A DNA stretch of 49,155 nt from Eubacteriales bacterium (GTDB lineage Bacteria > Bacillota > Clostridia > Oscillospirales > CAG-272). The notes under the pieces were generated by a model. That model saw nothing but the letters and a program-made list of their open reading frames with translations. It had not been told where the DNA came from and did no database searches. Shown here one piece after another: positions 1-10,075 of the stretch (position 1 is its first letter; every line of letters begins with the position of its first letter). The stretch covers positions 1 through 49,155 of the forward strand of contig JAZSLF010000107.1 of NCBI GenBank assembly GCA_045535205.1. The letters run 5' to 3'. Both the position numbers and the translations under genes were made by a program.

Positions 1-2
1 GC

Positions 3-407
3 CTGAAATATAATACTGCAATTGCTGCACTTATGACTCTTATTAACGAGATCTATGACAAGGGCAGCATCACAAAGGGCGAAATGCGCGCATTCCTTAC
101 TATGCTCAATCCTTTTGCTCCTCACATCACTGAAGAAATGTGGGAAGTATGCGGATTTGACGGACTCCTTGCAGTTGCAGAATGGTGTAAATGGGATGAA
201 GCGAAAACTGTTGACGCAACTATTGAAGTGCCCGTACAGATCTGCGGTAAGCTTCGCGCAACGGTCAAGGTGCCTTCAGACGCAGATTCAAAGGCTGTAA
301 TCGAAGCGGCGAAGGCCGATCCCAAAATTGCAGAGCTTCTTGACGGAAAGAACATAATTAAGGAAATCTACGTTCCCGGCAAGATAGTAAATATCGTTGC
401 GAAATAA
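3..407 (+). CDS. leuS: Leucine--tRNA ligase, C-terminal part (5' truncated by window edge)
   Basis: Frame is open from the window start (LKYNTAIAALM). It contains PFAPHITEEMW and the C-terminal VQICGKLR...IYVPGKIVNIV typical of the LeuRS anticodon-binding and C-terminal domains. Confidence 0.93.
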   Translation: MKYNTAIAALMTLINEIYDKGSITKGEMRAFLTMLNPFAPHITEEMWEVCGFDGLLAVAEWCKWDEAKTVDATIEVPVQICGKLRATVKVPSDADSKAVIEAAKADPKIAELLDGKNIIKEIYVPGKIVNIVAK

Positions 408-453
408 TAATTTTAACTATAGGAAATTTTTCACAAAAAATAACTTTTTAGTA

Positions 454-482
454 TTGACAGAGTGAAAAAGTTGTTATATAAT
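454..482 (+). promoter_or_regulatory. Sigma-A promoter of rpsU
   Basis: TTGACA (454-459), 17-nt spacer, TATAAT (477-482); perfect consensus. Confidence 0.85.
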
Positions 483-533
483 ACTTTGGAGAGTTTATCT
501 CAGTTGCTTAAAGCGAAGGGAGGGAAACAGAAT

Positions 534-710
534 ATGGCAGAAATCAGAGTTAAAGAGGGCGAATCCCTTGATAGCGCACTTCGTCGTTTTAAGCGTCAGT
601 GTCAGCGTTCAGGTATCCAGGCTGAACTTCGTAAGAGAGAATGTTACGAAAAGCCCAGCGTAAAGAAGAAGAAGAAGGCTGAAGCTGCACGTAAGCGTAA
701 GTATAAGTAA
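534..710 (+). CDS. rpsU: 30S ribosomal protein S21
   Basis: [28 protein letters not shown]...[26 protein letters not shown] precedes ATG 534; the ORF-track start at 462 overlaps the promoter. Confidence 0.97.
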   Translation: MAEIRVKEGESLDSALRRFKRQCQRSGIQAELRKRECYEKPSVKKKKKAEAARKRKYK

Positions 711-712
711 TT

Positions 713-747
713 AAAAAAGGAAGCGTGAAATATCGCTTCCTTTTTTT
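713..747 (+). terminator. Intrinsic terminator after rpsU
   Basis: AAAAAAGGAAGCG-tgaaatat-CGCTTCCTTTTTTT hairpin with U-tract. Confidence 0.88.
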
Positions 748-849
748 CATAATTAATTTCTTTTTATTTTTTTGAGGAAAATATGCAGCTTTTATAATTA
801 AATTTACAAAATTAATTAAAGTTTTTTTACATAAGCACAAGGAAATTTA

Positions 850-878
850 TTGACTATATAAAGAAAAGACTGTATAAT
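850..878 (+). promoter_or_regulatory. Sigma-A promoter of the sugar kinase-prs-argS-yebC unit
   Basis: TTGACT (850-855), 17 nt, TATAAT (873-878). Confidence 0.78.
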
Positions 879-913
879 ATATCATAGATTATTGTGTAAC
901 GGAGGATTAAGGT

Positions 914-2389
914 TTGAGTAAAAGAGTTCTTGCCATAGACCTCGGAGCTTCAAGCGGCAGAGGAATTGTCGGTTCATATAACGGCGAAAAAATTGAGCTT
1001 GAAGAAATACACCGTTTTTCCAACGACCCGCTTCAGATAGGCGGCAGCTTTTATTGGGATACACTCAGATTGCTTCATGAGATCAAAACTGCAATCTTGA
1101 AGTGTGCACAAAGCGGCGGCATCGATACTATAGGTATTGATACATGGGGCGTTGACTACGGTTACATAGATAAAAGCGGTGCATTGATCTCTGTTCCTTA
1201 TCACTACAGAGACGAAAGAACACTTGACGAAATGGAGAAGGTATATTCTAAAGTACCTTATGCCGAGCTTTACGGTGAAACAGGCATTGAGTCAATGAGC
1301 TTTAATACGGTTTTTCAAATGAGTGCAGACCTTTCAAACCGTCCCTGGATAGTTGAAAATGCAGAAAAAATGCTTCTCACACCTGACCTTTTGGGATATT
1401 TTCTCACAGATAAGGCGGCGTGTGAGTATACAATAGGCTCTACTACAGCATTGATGGATGCAGAAAAGCGTGCTTTTTCAAAGAATATAATGGACAGGCT
1501 TGGTATACCGGGACGTCTGTTCGCTCCCGTGGTAATGCCGGGAAATATTTTGGGTAAGCTTACACCCGCAGTTGATGAAGAAACAGGCAATACGGGAGCT
1601 GTCGTTGTTAACGTACCGTCTCACGATACTTCTTCCGCTGTGCTTTCGGTACCTGCCGAGGAAAAGGATTTTCTGTTTATAAGCAGCGGCACATGGTCGC
1701 TTATGGGAACAGAGAATGAATGTCCCATTATCAATGAGACTTCCGAAAAATACAGCTTCACGAACGAGGGCGGTGTAGACGGTAAGATCAACGTAATGAA
1801 GAACATCATGGGACTTTGGCTTATTCAGGAGTCACGCCGTCAATGGAAGCGTGAGGGTAAGGAGTATAGCTTCAATGACCTCGAAAGCATGGCAAAGGAT
1901 GCCGATATGCTCAGATTTATAATTGATCCCGATGATGCTTCGTTTAATAAAGCGGGAAATCTTCCCAAGAGAATTGCAGATTACTGTGAAAAAGCAGGTC
2001 AGGGAAGACCTGAAACTGTCGGTCAGATAATGCGTTGCATATACGAAAGCCTCTGCCTTAAATACAGATTTACCGCAGAAAAGCTTGAAGAGCTTTGCTC
2101 TAAGCAATATGCATCAATAAATATAGTCGGCGGCGGAACGAAGGAAAAGCTTCTTTGTCAGTATGTTGCAGACTGTACGGGCAAAAAGGTATCAGCAGGA
2201 CCTGTCGAGGCGACTGCAATAGGCAATATCTCAATGCAGCTTATAGCAGCAGGAGAGATCGCCGACGTTATGACAGCACGAAGTATTATCAGAAATTCAT
2301 TTGATGTTGAAAATTATGTTCCGAATGCCGAATATAAGGCTAAATGGGACGAAGCCTATACTCGTTTTTGCAAAATGATAGGCAGATAA
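914..2389 (+). CDS. rhaB: Rhamnulokinase / L-fuculokinase-like FGGY-family sugar kinase
   Basis: LAIDLGASSGR, GIDTWGVDY, YRDERT, ISSGTWSLMG, FTNEGG, KNIMGLWLIQE and GPVEATAIGN motifs. TTG start with SD GGAGG. Confidence 0.85.
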   Translation: MSKRVLAIDLGASSGRGIVGSYNGEKIELEEIHRFSNDPLQIGGSFYWDTLRLLHEIKTAILKCAQSGGIDTIGIDTWGVDYGYIDKSGALISVPYHYRDERTLDEMEKVYSKVPYAELYGETGIESMSFNTVFQMSADLSNRPWIVENAEKMLLTPDLLGYFLTDKAACEYTIGSTTALMDAEKRAFSKNIMDRLGIPGRLFAPVVMPGNILGKLTPAVDEETGNTGAVVVNVPSHDTSSAVLSVPAEEKDFLFISSGTWSLMGTENECPIINETSEKYSFTNEGGVDGKINVMKNIMGLWLIQESRRQWKREGKEYSFNDLESMAKDADMLRFIIDPDDASFNKAGNLPKRIADYCEKAGQGRPETVGQIMRCIYESLCLKYRFTAEKLEELCSKQYASINIVGGGTKEKLLCQYVADCTGKKVSAGPVEATAIGNISMQLIAAGEIADVMTARSIIRNSFDVENYVPNAEYKAKWDEAYTRFCKMIGR

Positions 2390-2435
2390 GTAGGCTTGAT
2401 AAAGATAAAGAAAAAATATATATGGGGGAATTAAT

Positions 2436-3596
2436 ATGGGAAGCTTGTATGGAGAACTTGGCGTAATAGGAATGAAAGGCTGTGAAGGCTTTGTCGAACA
2501 GGTGGACAGGTATCTTCGTGAATGGAGAAGACACGGTGACGAAGAAACCTATCTTATAGAAATTGACTGTCCCAGATTTGGCTCGGGTGAGGCAAAGGCT
2601 ATTGTTCATGAATCAATGAGAGGACATGACCTTTATATCATTACAGATATGTTTAATCACAGCGTAAAGTATAAGATGTATGGGGAATACGTACCCATGA
2701 GTCCCGATGATCATTATGCTGATCTCAAGAGAATTATTGCTGCTGTCGGCGGTAAGGCGAGAAGAATATCCGTTATCATGCCTATGCTTTATGAGGGCAG
2801 ACAGCATAAGCGTACAACAAGAGAATCTCTTGACTGTGCGATGGCACTCCAGGAGCTTGTAAACATGGGCGTTACAAACATAATCACTTTTGATGCACAT
2901 GACCCCAGAGTTCAGAATGCCATTCCGCTCAGCGGCTTTGATAACGTAAGACCGACTTATCAGATGCTCAAGTCACTTACAAAGCGTTATCCTGACATCA
3001 GCCTTTCAAGTGATGATATTATGGTTATCGCTCCCGACGAAGGTGCGATGTCAAGAAGCATGTATTATGCTTCCGTTATGGGAATAGAACTGGGTATGTT
3101 CTACAAACGCCGTAACTACTCCGTAATTATCGACGGCAAGAACCCCATTGAAGCACACGAATATCTCGGCCGTGATATTAAGGATAAGGACGTTATCGTT
3201 GTTGACGATATGCTTGCATCAGGTGACTCTATTCTCGATGTATCGCTTCAGCTCAAGGAAAAGGGAGCAAAGAGAATCTTCCTGTTCCTTACATTTGCTA
3301 TTTTCACAGGCGGCTATGAACGCATTGAAAAGGCATATAACGAAGGCGTATTTACACAGATATTTGCAACCAACCTTGTATATGCACCCGATGAGCTTCT
3401 CAAGAAGCCTTGGTTTACACAGGTTAATATGTGCAAATACGTAGCTTACATCATTGATACGCTTAATCACGATGAAAGTATAAGCACTCTTCTTAATCCC
3501 GTTAAGCGTATCCATACCCTTCTTGAAACGCAGAATGAGAAAATAGCAAAATTGAAGGAAGAACAGCTTGCTCTTCCTAAAGAAGAAAATAACTGA
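2436..3596 (+). CDS. prs: Ribose-phosphate pyrophosphokinase (long clostridial form)
   Basis: RFGSGEAK, PMLYEGRQH, TFDAHDP, APDEGA and PRT loop VVDDMLASGDS. Confidence 0.93.
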   Translation: MGSLYGELGVIGMKGCEGFVEQVDRYLREWRRHGDEETYLIEIDCPRFGSGEAKAIVHESMRGHDLYIITDMFNHSVKYKMYGEYVPMSPDDHYADLKRIIAAVGGKARRISVIMPMLYEGRQHKRTTRESLDCAMALQELVNMGVTNIITFDAHDPRVQNAIPLSGFDNVRPTYQMLKSLTKRYPDISLSSDDIMVIAPDEGAMSRSMYYASVMGIELGMFYKRRNYSVIIDGKNPIEAHEYLGRDIKDKDVIVVDDMLASGDSILDVSLQLKEKGAKRIFLFLTFAIFTGGYERIEKAYNEGVFTQIFATNLVYAPDELLKKPWFTQVNMCKYVAYIIDTLNHDESISTLLNPVKRIHTLLETQNEKIAKLKEEQLALPKEENN

Positions 3597-3624
3597 TAAT
3601 AACCACCTCTTTGGAGAAAATAAT

Positions 3625-5337
3625 ATGTTAGAATTTAAAAAGAAAGTTGCGGCGTATATAAAAAAAACTGCCGAAGCAGCTTTTGACAGCTGTGAGCTTA
3701 CCTGTGATGAACTTGTGGCTATGCTTGAATATCCGCCTGATACTTCTATGGGTGACGTTGCGTTCCCCTGCTTTAAGCTCAGCCGTACCTTTAAAAAAGC
3801 TCCTCCTATGATAGCACAAGCTCTTGCGGAAGGTGAATACGGACCCGAAATCAGTGAAGTCAATGCAGTAGCCGGTTACCTTAATTTTAAGATTTCAAAT
3901 AAGTACCTTATTTCAAACGTTCTTGCGAGTGTTACTGATAAAGGTGAAAAATATGGGTCAAATGATATGGGAAAGGGCAAGACCTGCGTTCTCGACTATT
4001 CATCTCCCAACGTTGCAAAGCCTTTTCATATCGGTCACCTCGGTACTACCGTTATCGGACACTCTCTGAAGCTTCTTCATGAGTTTGCAGGATACGAATG
4101 CATCGGAATTAACCACCTCGGTGACTGGGGTACCCAGTTCGGTAAAATGATAGTTGCTTTCAGAAAATGGGGTAACAGAGAAGCGATAGAGGCTTCGGGT
4201 ATAGACGGACTTGTTGCTCTTTATGTAAAGTTTCACGCAGAAGCCGAAAATGATCCTTCTCTTGAAGACGAAGCGAGAGCAGAATTTAAAAAGCTTGAGC
4301 AGAACGACAGCGAGAATATTGAGCTCTGGAAATGGTTTGTAAGCATCAGCCTTAAAGAGTACAGTATTACTTACGGTCAGCTCGGTATAGAGTTTGACAG
4401 CTATAACGGTGGAAGCTTTTATACGGATAAAATGCCCGCACAGGTTCAGAAGATACGTGATGCAGGTATACTTAAAATTGATGACGGTGCCTCTATTGTT
4501 GATCTTGAAGAATACAATATGCCCCCCTGTCTTATTCTGAAGAAAGACGGCTCAACTCTTTATCCTACACGTGATATTGCTGCAGCGGCTTATAGAATGG
4601 ATACCTATAATTTTGATAAGTGTATCTACGTAACGTCAGCAGGACAGAGTCTTCACTTTGCACAGTGGTTTAAGGTTGTTTCTCTCATGGGATATGATTG
4701 GGAGAACAAGCTTATCCACGTTCCTTACGGAACGGTAAGCATAGACGGTGCCAAGCTTGCTACGAGAAGCGGAAACGTTGTTCTTTTAAGAGACCTGTTC
4801 CAGACGGCAATTGACAAGGTGAAGGGTATAATTGACGAAAAAAATCCGGATCTTCCCGATAAAGAAGCCACAGCTGAAGCGGTCGGCGTTGGTGCGATAG
4901 TATTCCATTATTTGTTTAATAACAGAATTAAGGATATTAATTTCAGTATGGATGCGGCTCTCAGCTTTGAAGGAAATACAGGTCCGTATGCTCAATATAC
5001 TTATGCGAGAACGTGCAGTGTGCTTTCAAAAGCAGGTGAGCTTGACGTAAACGCTGCCTCGGAAATAACCGAAGCTGATGAAGCTGAGCTTTTGAAGGTT
5101 ATTGCACTTTTCCCCGAAAAAGTAAATCAGGCAATAAAGGAATATGAGCCTTCTGTTATCACAAGATATATAATTGATGTATGTTCTGCATTCAATAGAT
5201 TTTATCACAATTGTCAGATTCTTACTGCAGAAGACGAAGCTGTAAGGAAGACAAGACTTGCTCTTACTAAAGCTGCTAATATAACTCTCGGAAACGCTTT
5301 GAGACTTATTTGTCTGAAGACTCCCGAAAAAATCTAA
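3625..5337 (+). CDS. argS: Arginine--tRNA ligase
   Basis: DYSSPNVAKPFHIGH (HIGH motif), NHLGDWGTQFG, GNTGPYAQYTYAR. ATG 3625 follows SD GGAG. Confidence 0.96.
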   Translation: MLEFKKKVAAYIKKTAEAAFDSCELTCDELVAMLEYPPDTSMGDVAFPCFKLSRTFKKAPPMIAQALAEGEYGPEISEVNAVAGYLNFKISNKYLISNVLASVTDKGEKYGSNDMGKGKTCVLDYSSPNVAKPFHIGHLGTTVIGHSLKLLHEFAGYECIGINHLGDWGTQFGKMIVAFRKWGNREAIEASGIDGLVALYVKFHAEAENDPSLEDEARAEFKKLEQNDSENIELWKWFVSISLKEYSITYGQLGIEFDSYNGGSFYTDKMPAQVQKIRDAGILKIDDGASIVDLEEYNMPPCLILKKDGSTLYPTRDIAAAAYRMDTYNFDKCIYVTSAGQSLHFAQWFKVVSLMGYDWENKLIHVPYGTVSIDGAKLATRSGNVVLLRDLFQTAIDKVKGIIDEKNPDLPDKEATAEAVGVGAIVFHYLFNNRIKDINFSMDAALSFEGNTGPYAQYTYARTCSVLSKAGELDVNAASEITEADEAELLKVIALFPEKVNQAIKEYEPSVITRYIIDVCSAFNRFYHNCQILTAEDEAVRKTRLALTKAANITLGNALRLICLKTPEKI

Positions 5338-5361
5338 TCTATAATTAATTCGAGGTGTATC

Positions 5362-6096
5362 ATGTCAGGACACAGTAAATGGAATAATATTAAAAATAAA
5401 AAAGAAAAAACCGATGCCCAGAAGGCAAAGGTGTTTACAAAAATAGGTAAGGAGATAGCAATTGCAGTTCGTGCAGGCGGTCCCGACCCCAATGTAAACA
5501 GAAAGCTCAAGGATCTTATCGCAAAGGCGAAGAGCTGTAACGTTCCCAACGATAACATCGAGCGTTCTATTAAAAAAGCAAGCGGAGCAGACAGCGTAGC
5601 TTACGAAGAGATCGTATATGAAGGTTACGGCCCCTCCGGTATTGCGGTAATCGTTGAAACGGCAACTGATAACAGAAACAGAACCGCATCCGAAATGCGT
5701 CATTATTTCGATAAATACGGCGGAAATCTCGGACAGTCAGGTTGCGTATCATATATGTTTGACGATAAGGGCGTTATAATCATCACAAATGAAGATGGTG
5801 ATGTTGATGAAGATGCTCTTATGGAAACTGCTCTTGAAGCCGGTGCTTCCGACTTTATAGCGGATGACGGAGTTTTTGAAATTTATACAGAAACAGATGA
5901 TCTTGATGCGGTTCGTGAAGCACTTGAGGAAAAGGGTTATAAGATAGAATCCGCAGAGCTTGACAGAATTCCCCAGACATATATCACTCTTGAAACAGAA
6001 GAAGATATTAAAAATATGAATTTGCTCATCGAACATCTTGAAGATAACGACGATGTTCAGGAAATTTATCATAACTGGGAAAACAGCGACGACTGA
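5362..6096 (+). CDS. yebC: YebC/PmpR-family protein
   Basis: MSGHSKWNNIK, YEGYGPSG, TDNRNRT, LEDNDDVQEIYHN. Confidence 0.95.
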   Translation: MSGHSKWNNIKNKKEKTDAQKAKVFTKIGKEIAIAVRAGGPDPNVNRKLKDLIAKAKSCNVPNDNIERSIKKASGADSVAYEEIVYEGYGPSGIAVIVETATDNRNRTASEMRHYFDKYGGNLGQSGCVSYMFDDKGVIIITNEDGDVDEDALMETALEAGASDFIADDGVFEIYTETDDLDAVREALEEKGYKIESAELDRIPQTYITLETEEDIKNMNLLIEHLEDNDDVQEIYHNWENSDD

Positions 6097-6111
6097 TAAA
6101 TACTATTTATA

Positions 6112-6141
6112 TTCGCCGGTATTATAATTAGTACCGGCGAA
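6112..6141. other. GC-rich intergenic hairpin without U-tract (yebC/lgt)
   Basis: TTCGCCGGTA-ttataattag-TACCGGCGAA, a 10-bp stem followed by A residues. Confidence 0.6.
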
Positions 6142-6173
6142 AAATCTTATAAAATACTGATTTGGAGGTAAAT

Positions 6174-7103
6174 ATGGGATCAAATTTTGTTTCTTTTCCC
6201 GGACTTGGGATAGGGCCCTTCAAACTCAATCCTGTGGCTTTTGAGCTTTTTGGTCATCCTGTAATGTGGTACGGCGTCATAATTTGCTTTGGTATGATTT
6301 TAGCGGCATTGTATGCTCTGTCGAGAGCAAAGATTGAAAAGATAAAAACCGACGATATTATTGACCTTGCAATTTTTGTTATAATATTCGGAATTTTTGG
6401 TGCGAGACTTTATTACGTGCTCTTTTCACTTGACAGCTATATAGTTGAAGGTAATTTTCTGAAAACCTTAGGCGAAATGGTTGCGATCTGGAACGGAGGA
6501 CTTGCTATATACGGCGGAGTAATCGCAGGTTTTCTTACAATACTTGTGTTTTCAAAGGTCAAGAAAATGCGTTTTTCGACCTTGCTTGATGTGGTAGCTC
6601 CGGCTGTTTTGATAGGTCAGATTGTGGGGCGATGGGGCAACTTTATGAATGCAGAGGCCTATGGGGCGGAAACTACTGTTCCTTGGAGAATGGGGCTTCA
6701 TTCGTCTTTTGATGGCGGAGAAAGCTTTTATAATGAGATTTTTGTGCATCCCACCTTCCTTTATGAATCACTATGGAATTTGGTAGGTTTTATTCTTATA
6801 GCAGTTTTCTATAAAAAGAAAAAGTTTAACGGTCAGATATTTCTTTTCTATATCACCTGGTACGGATTTGGAAGAATGTTTATAGAAGGGCTTCGTACCG
6901 ACAGTCTTATGGTCGGCCCCGTCAGAGTTTCTCAGCTTCTTGCGGGTGCTACTTTTGTAGTCGGTTTAGGGCTTATGATATGGAATCTTATCAATGTTAA
7001 AAAATATAATGACTCTGTTGCAGATGTAAGTTTTGAAGATATGTCAATTTTACACGGTGAATCCGACGAAGACAGTACGGAAGATAATAATATTCAGGAG
7101 TGA
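6174..7103 (+). CDS. lgt: Prolipoprotein diacylglyceryl transferase
   Basis: VMWYGVII, GARLYYV, GGLAIYGG, GRWGNFMNAEAYG, HPTFLYES, RMFIEGLR. ATG follows SD GGAGGT. Confidence 0.95.
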   Translation: MGSNFVSFPGLGIGPFKLNPVAFELFGHPVMWYGVIICFGMILAALYALSRAKIEKIKTDDIIDLAIFVIIFGIFGARLYYVLFSLDSYIVEGNFLKTLGEMVAIWNGGLAIYGGVIAGFLTILVFSKVKKMRFSTLLDVVAPAVLIGQIVGRWGNFMNAEAYGAETTVPWRMGLHSSFDGGESFYNEIFVHPTFLYESLWNLVGFILIAVFYKKKKFNGQIFLFYITWYGFGRMFIEGLRTDSLMVGPVRVSQLLAGATFVVGLGLMIWNLINVKKYNDSVADVSFEDMSILHGESDEDSTEDNNIQE

Positions 7104-7106
7104 ATT

Positions 7107-7961
7107 ATGGCAAAAATAATAGACGGAAAAACCATATCATCAGCGGAACGAATTAAAATAGCTGATGAATGCAATAAGCTAAAAGAAAAGGGAATAACAC
7201 CCGGACTTGCAGTTATAATCGTTGGCGAAGACCCCGCTTCCACCGTATACGTAAGAAATAAAGAGCGTTCCTGTATAGAGGTCGGTTTTAATTCTCAGGT
7301 TATCAGAATGCCTGAAAGCATCGAAGAGAAGGAACTTCTTGCCAAGATAAGCGAGCTTGCGGAAGACGAGGCAACAGATGGAATTCTTGTACAGCTTCCA
7401 TTGCCTGCACATATCGATGAAAAAAACGTAATAGCTGCAATTCCTCCGGAAAAGGACGTTGATGCTTTCCACCTTGAGAATACAGGCAGAATTATGGTAG
7501 GTGACTACAGATACCTACCCTGTACTCCAGCGGGCATTATGACGATGCTGGAGCATGAGAATATTGACGTCTGCGGCAAGGAATGTGTTGTAGTCGGCAG
7601 AAGCAACATCGTTGGAAAACCAATGGCTATGCTTCTTCTTAACAAAAGCGGTACGGTTACCGTGTGCCATTCCAGAACAAAGGATCTCGCCGAGGTTACA
7701 AGGCGAGCAGATATACTTGTTGTTGCTGTGGGAAAACCGGAGTTCATCACGGGAGATATGATAAAGCCCGGTGCTGTGGTCATTGACGTAGGTATCAACA
7801 GATGTGAAGACGGTAAGCTCAGAGGAGACGTTCACTTTGAAAGTGCGGAAAAGACAGCATCTGCAATTACACCTGTTCCGGGAGGTGTCGGTCCCATGAC
7901 TATAACGACACTTCTCAAGAACACAATTACTGCGGCAAAGGAAAGACTAAACAAAAAATAA
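7107..7961 (+). CDS. folD: Methylenetetrahydrofolate dehydrogenase / cyclohydrolase
   Basis: [44 protein letters not shown]. Confidence 0.97.
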   Translation: MAKIIDGKTISSAERIKIADECNKLKEKGITPGLAVIIVGEDPASTVYVRNKERSCIEVGFNSQVIRMPESIEEKELLAKISELAEDEATDGILVQLPLPAHIDEKNVIAAIPPEKDVDAFHLENTGRIMVGDYRYLPCTPAGIMTMLEHENIDVCGKECVVVGRSNIVGKPMAMLLLNKSGTVTVCHSRTKDLAEVTRRADILVVAVGKPEFITGDMIKPGAVVIDVGINRCEDGKLRGDVHFESAEKTASAITPVPGGVGPMTITTLLKNTITAAKERLNKK

Positions 7962-8054
7962 AACAAAATTTCATTGTCGTATTGCACAAAAAAAAGAATT
8001 TGTGCTTGAACAATTTGTTGTTTTGGACTATTTTTGAAAAATGTAAAAAATAAC

Positions 8055-8083
8055 TTGACAACTCAGTTGTTTGATAGTAAAAT
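8055..8083 (+). promoter_or_regulatory. Sigma-A promoter of rplU-prp-rpmA
   Basis: TTGACA (8055-8060), 17 nt, TAAAAT (8078-8083). Confidence 0.8.
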
Positions 8084-8087
8084 ATAT

Positions 8088-8142
8088 TTTGCCGCATAAT
8101 GATTGGTTTTGAAAAGCATAGCTTACCAACATTAGCGAGACA
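8088..8142 (+). ncRNA. L21 leader-like cis-regulatory RNA
   Basis: Lies in the rplU 5' UTR: CCGCA-TAATG-a-TTGGT...ACCAA-CATTA-GCGAG nested stem. Position and flanking CCGCA/GCGAG motifs resemble the Firmicutes L21 leader. Confidence 0.65.
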
Positions 8143-8164
8143 TAATGAAAGAGAGGTGCTTTTC

Positions 8165-8473
8165 GTGTTTGCTATTATCGAAACAGGCGGAAAGCAGTAC
8201 AAGGTCAGCGAAGGCGATTTCGTATTCGTTGAAAAACTTAATGCTGAGGAAGGAACAACTGTTGATTTTCCTGTACTCGCAATATCTGCAGATGACTGCC
8301 TCAAGGTAGGTACTCCCGTTGTTAAGGGTGCGAAGGTTACAGCTACTGTTGTTAAGAACGGTAAGGCTAAGAAGATCTATGTAATGACTTACAAGCCCAA
8401 GAAGAACGAGAAGAGAAAGCTTGGTCACAGACAGCCTTATACAAAGGTTCAGATCACAGCTATTGAAGGCTAA
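8165..8473 (+). CDS. rplU: 50S ribosomal protein L21
   Basis: GTG start after SD GAGGTG; (M)[13 protein letters not shown]...[11 protein letters not shown]. Confidence 0.97.
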   Translation: MFAIIETGGKQYKVSEGDFVFVEKLNAEEGTTVDFPVLAISADDCLKVGTPVVKGAKVTATVVKNGKAKKIYVMTYKPKKNEKRKLGHRQPYTKVQITAIEG

Positions 8474-8478
8474 GGGTA

Positions 8479-8841
8479 ATGACTCGTATTACTTTCTATC
8501 GACGGGGCGGAGTATTTTACGGCTTCGAGGAAATCGGTCATTCCGGCTTTGCTGATGCAGGGAATGATATTCTCTGTGCGGCTATTTCATCAATGACGAT
8601 GCTTGTCATTAACATGATCGAAGTTTCCTTCGAGACTGATGTACAGTATCTTATTGACGAAGAAAAAGCTAAGATCACCGTCACAACACTCGGTGCTCTT
8701 CCGGATTATGCCGAAGATGAAAAAATGCAGTATGCTGTTTCCGGTGTCATTGAAGGTTACTATAATCAACTCAAAGACATGACAGAGGAATACTACGACT
8801 ATTTAACCGTCGAAATCAAAGATGACGAAACAGTTGTCTGA
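8479..8841 (+). CDS. prp: Ribosomal-processing cysteine protease Prp (YsxB)
   Basis: GHSGFADAGNDILCAAISS carries the catalytic His and Cys; located between rplU and rpmA. Confidence 0.9.
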   Translation: MTRITFYRRGGVFYGFEEIGHSGFADAGNDILCAAISSMTMLVINMIEVSFETDVQYLIDEEKAKITVTTLGALPDYAEDEKMQYAVSGVIEGYYNQLKDMTEEYYDYLTVEIKDDETVV

Positions 8842-8868
8842 AAAAACAAAATTGCGGAGGAAATTAAA

Positions 8869-9150
8869 ATGCTTAGAATTAGCTTACAGTTCTTTGCTCA
8901 CAAAAAAGGTGTGGGCTCCACAAAGAACGGCCGTGACAGTGAGTCCAAGCGTCTTGGCGTTAAAAAAGCAGACGGTCAGGCTGTACTTGCCGGCAATATT
9001 ATCGTAAGACAGAGAGGCACAAAGATCCATCCCGGCAACAATGTCGGCAGAGGTTCTGATGATACTCTGTTTGCTCTCATTGACGGAACTGTCAAGTTTG
9101 AGCACATCGCAAACGGCAGAAAGCAGGCAAGCGTTTACGCTGCTAAGTAA
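8869..9150 (+). CDS. rpmA: 50S ribosomal protein L27 with Prp-cleaved N-terminal extension
   Basis: [24 protein letters not shown]...[10 protein letters not shown]. Confidence 0.98.
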   Translation: MLRISLQFFAHKKGVGSTKNGRDSESKRLGVKKADGQAVLAGNIIVRQRGTKIHPGNNVGRGSDDTLFALIDGTVKFEHIANGRKQASVYAAK

Positions 9151-9185
9151 TTTGCGTTTGAGATAAAAACAAACCCAAAATAAAT

Positions 9186-9221
9186 GCAGGAGAGCTTCTT
9201 TGGAAGTGTCTCCTGCTTTTT
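9186..9221 (+). terminator. Intrinsic terminator after rpmA (may also serve convergent sigG)
   Basis: GCAGGAGA-gcttc-tttg-gaagt-g-TCTCCTGC-TTTTT. Confidence 0.82.
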
Positions 9222-9270
9222 CTGTATTTTAGTGTGAAAACATTTAATTAACCAAATGCTTTTCGGTGTT

Positions 9271-10044
9271 TTACATATTCTTTCTTATATGCTCAAGTGC
9301 TCCTTTTTCGAGGCGTGATACCTGTGCTTGTGAGATACCTATTTCCTCAGCAATTTCCATTTGAGTTTTACCCTTGAAGAAACGCATACTTATGATTTTC
9401 ATTTCACGTTCGCTGAGCTTTTTTAAGGCTTCACGAAGAGCGATATCCTCAAGCCAGTTTTCATCTGTATTGTTTATATCCTTGAGCTGATCCATAACGT
9501 ATATTGAATCTCCTCCGTCATTATATACAGGGTCGTATAGAGAAACAGGCTCAATGATTGCCTCAAGAGCATTTACAATGTCTTCCGGTTTTTCCGAAAG
9601 ATGCTCCGCTATTTTTTCAACAGTAGGTTCAGCATTCATTTCACGTTGAAGCTCCTCCTTGGCCTGAAGTGCTCTGTAAGCGAGATCTCTTACTGAACGG
9701 CTGACACGAATTGAATTGTTATCCCGCAGGTAGCGTCTTACCTCGCCGATTATCATCGGCACAGCATAGGTTGAAAATTTGACATCAAGGTCTGTATTAA
9801 AATTGTCGATGGCTTTTATAAGTCCTATACAGCCGACCTGAAACAGATCGTCCATGTTTTCGTTTCTGCCCGTAAATCTTTGTATTATGCTTAATACGAG
9901 ACGAAGATTTCCGTCGATCAGCTTTCTGCGTGCCTCCTCGTTACCGTTCTTAATACTGAGAAGAAGCTCTTTTTTTTCGTCATCGCTCAGTACCTTCAGC
10001 TTTGAAGTATTAACACCGCATATCTCCACTTTGTTGTATTGCAT
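9271..10044 (-). CDS. sigG: Sporulation sigma factor SigG
   Basis: MQYNKVEICGVNTSKLKVL N-terminus is diagnostic of SigG; DDLFQVGCIGLIKAIDNF; GISQAQVSRLEK. ATG 10044 follows SD AGGCGG. Confidence 0.95.
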   Translation of the reverse strand: MQYNKVEICGVNTSKLKVLSDDEKKELLLSIKNGNEEARRKLIDGNLRLVLSIIQRFTGRNENMDDLFQVGCIGLIKAIDNFNTDLDVKFSTYAVPMIIGEVRRYLRDNNSIRVSRSVRDLAYRALQAKEELQREMNAEPTVEKIAEHLSEKPEDIVNALEAIIEPVSLYDPVYNDGGDSIYVMDQLKDINNTDENWLEDIALREALKKLSEREMKIISMRFFKGKTQMEIAEEIGISQAQVSRLEKGALEHIRKNM

Positions 10045-10075
10045 AATAAACACCGCCTGTACTTCGTATTGCTTA

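Noticed and set aside
3568-3624. Extended ORF-track starts (argS; likewise rpsU 462, rplU 8099, hup 25036, lipoprotein 46534)
   Set aside because: The extensions overlap upstream genes, promoters or leaders, while the downstream starts have SD sequences and match family N-termini.
3219-3863. 214-aa minus-strand ORF spanning prs/argS
   Set aside because: It overlaps two well-supported genes on the opposite strand and has no recognisable domain.
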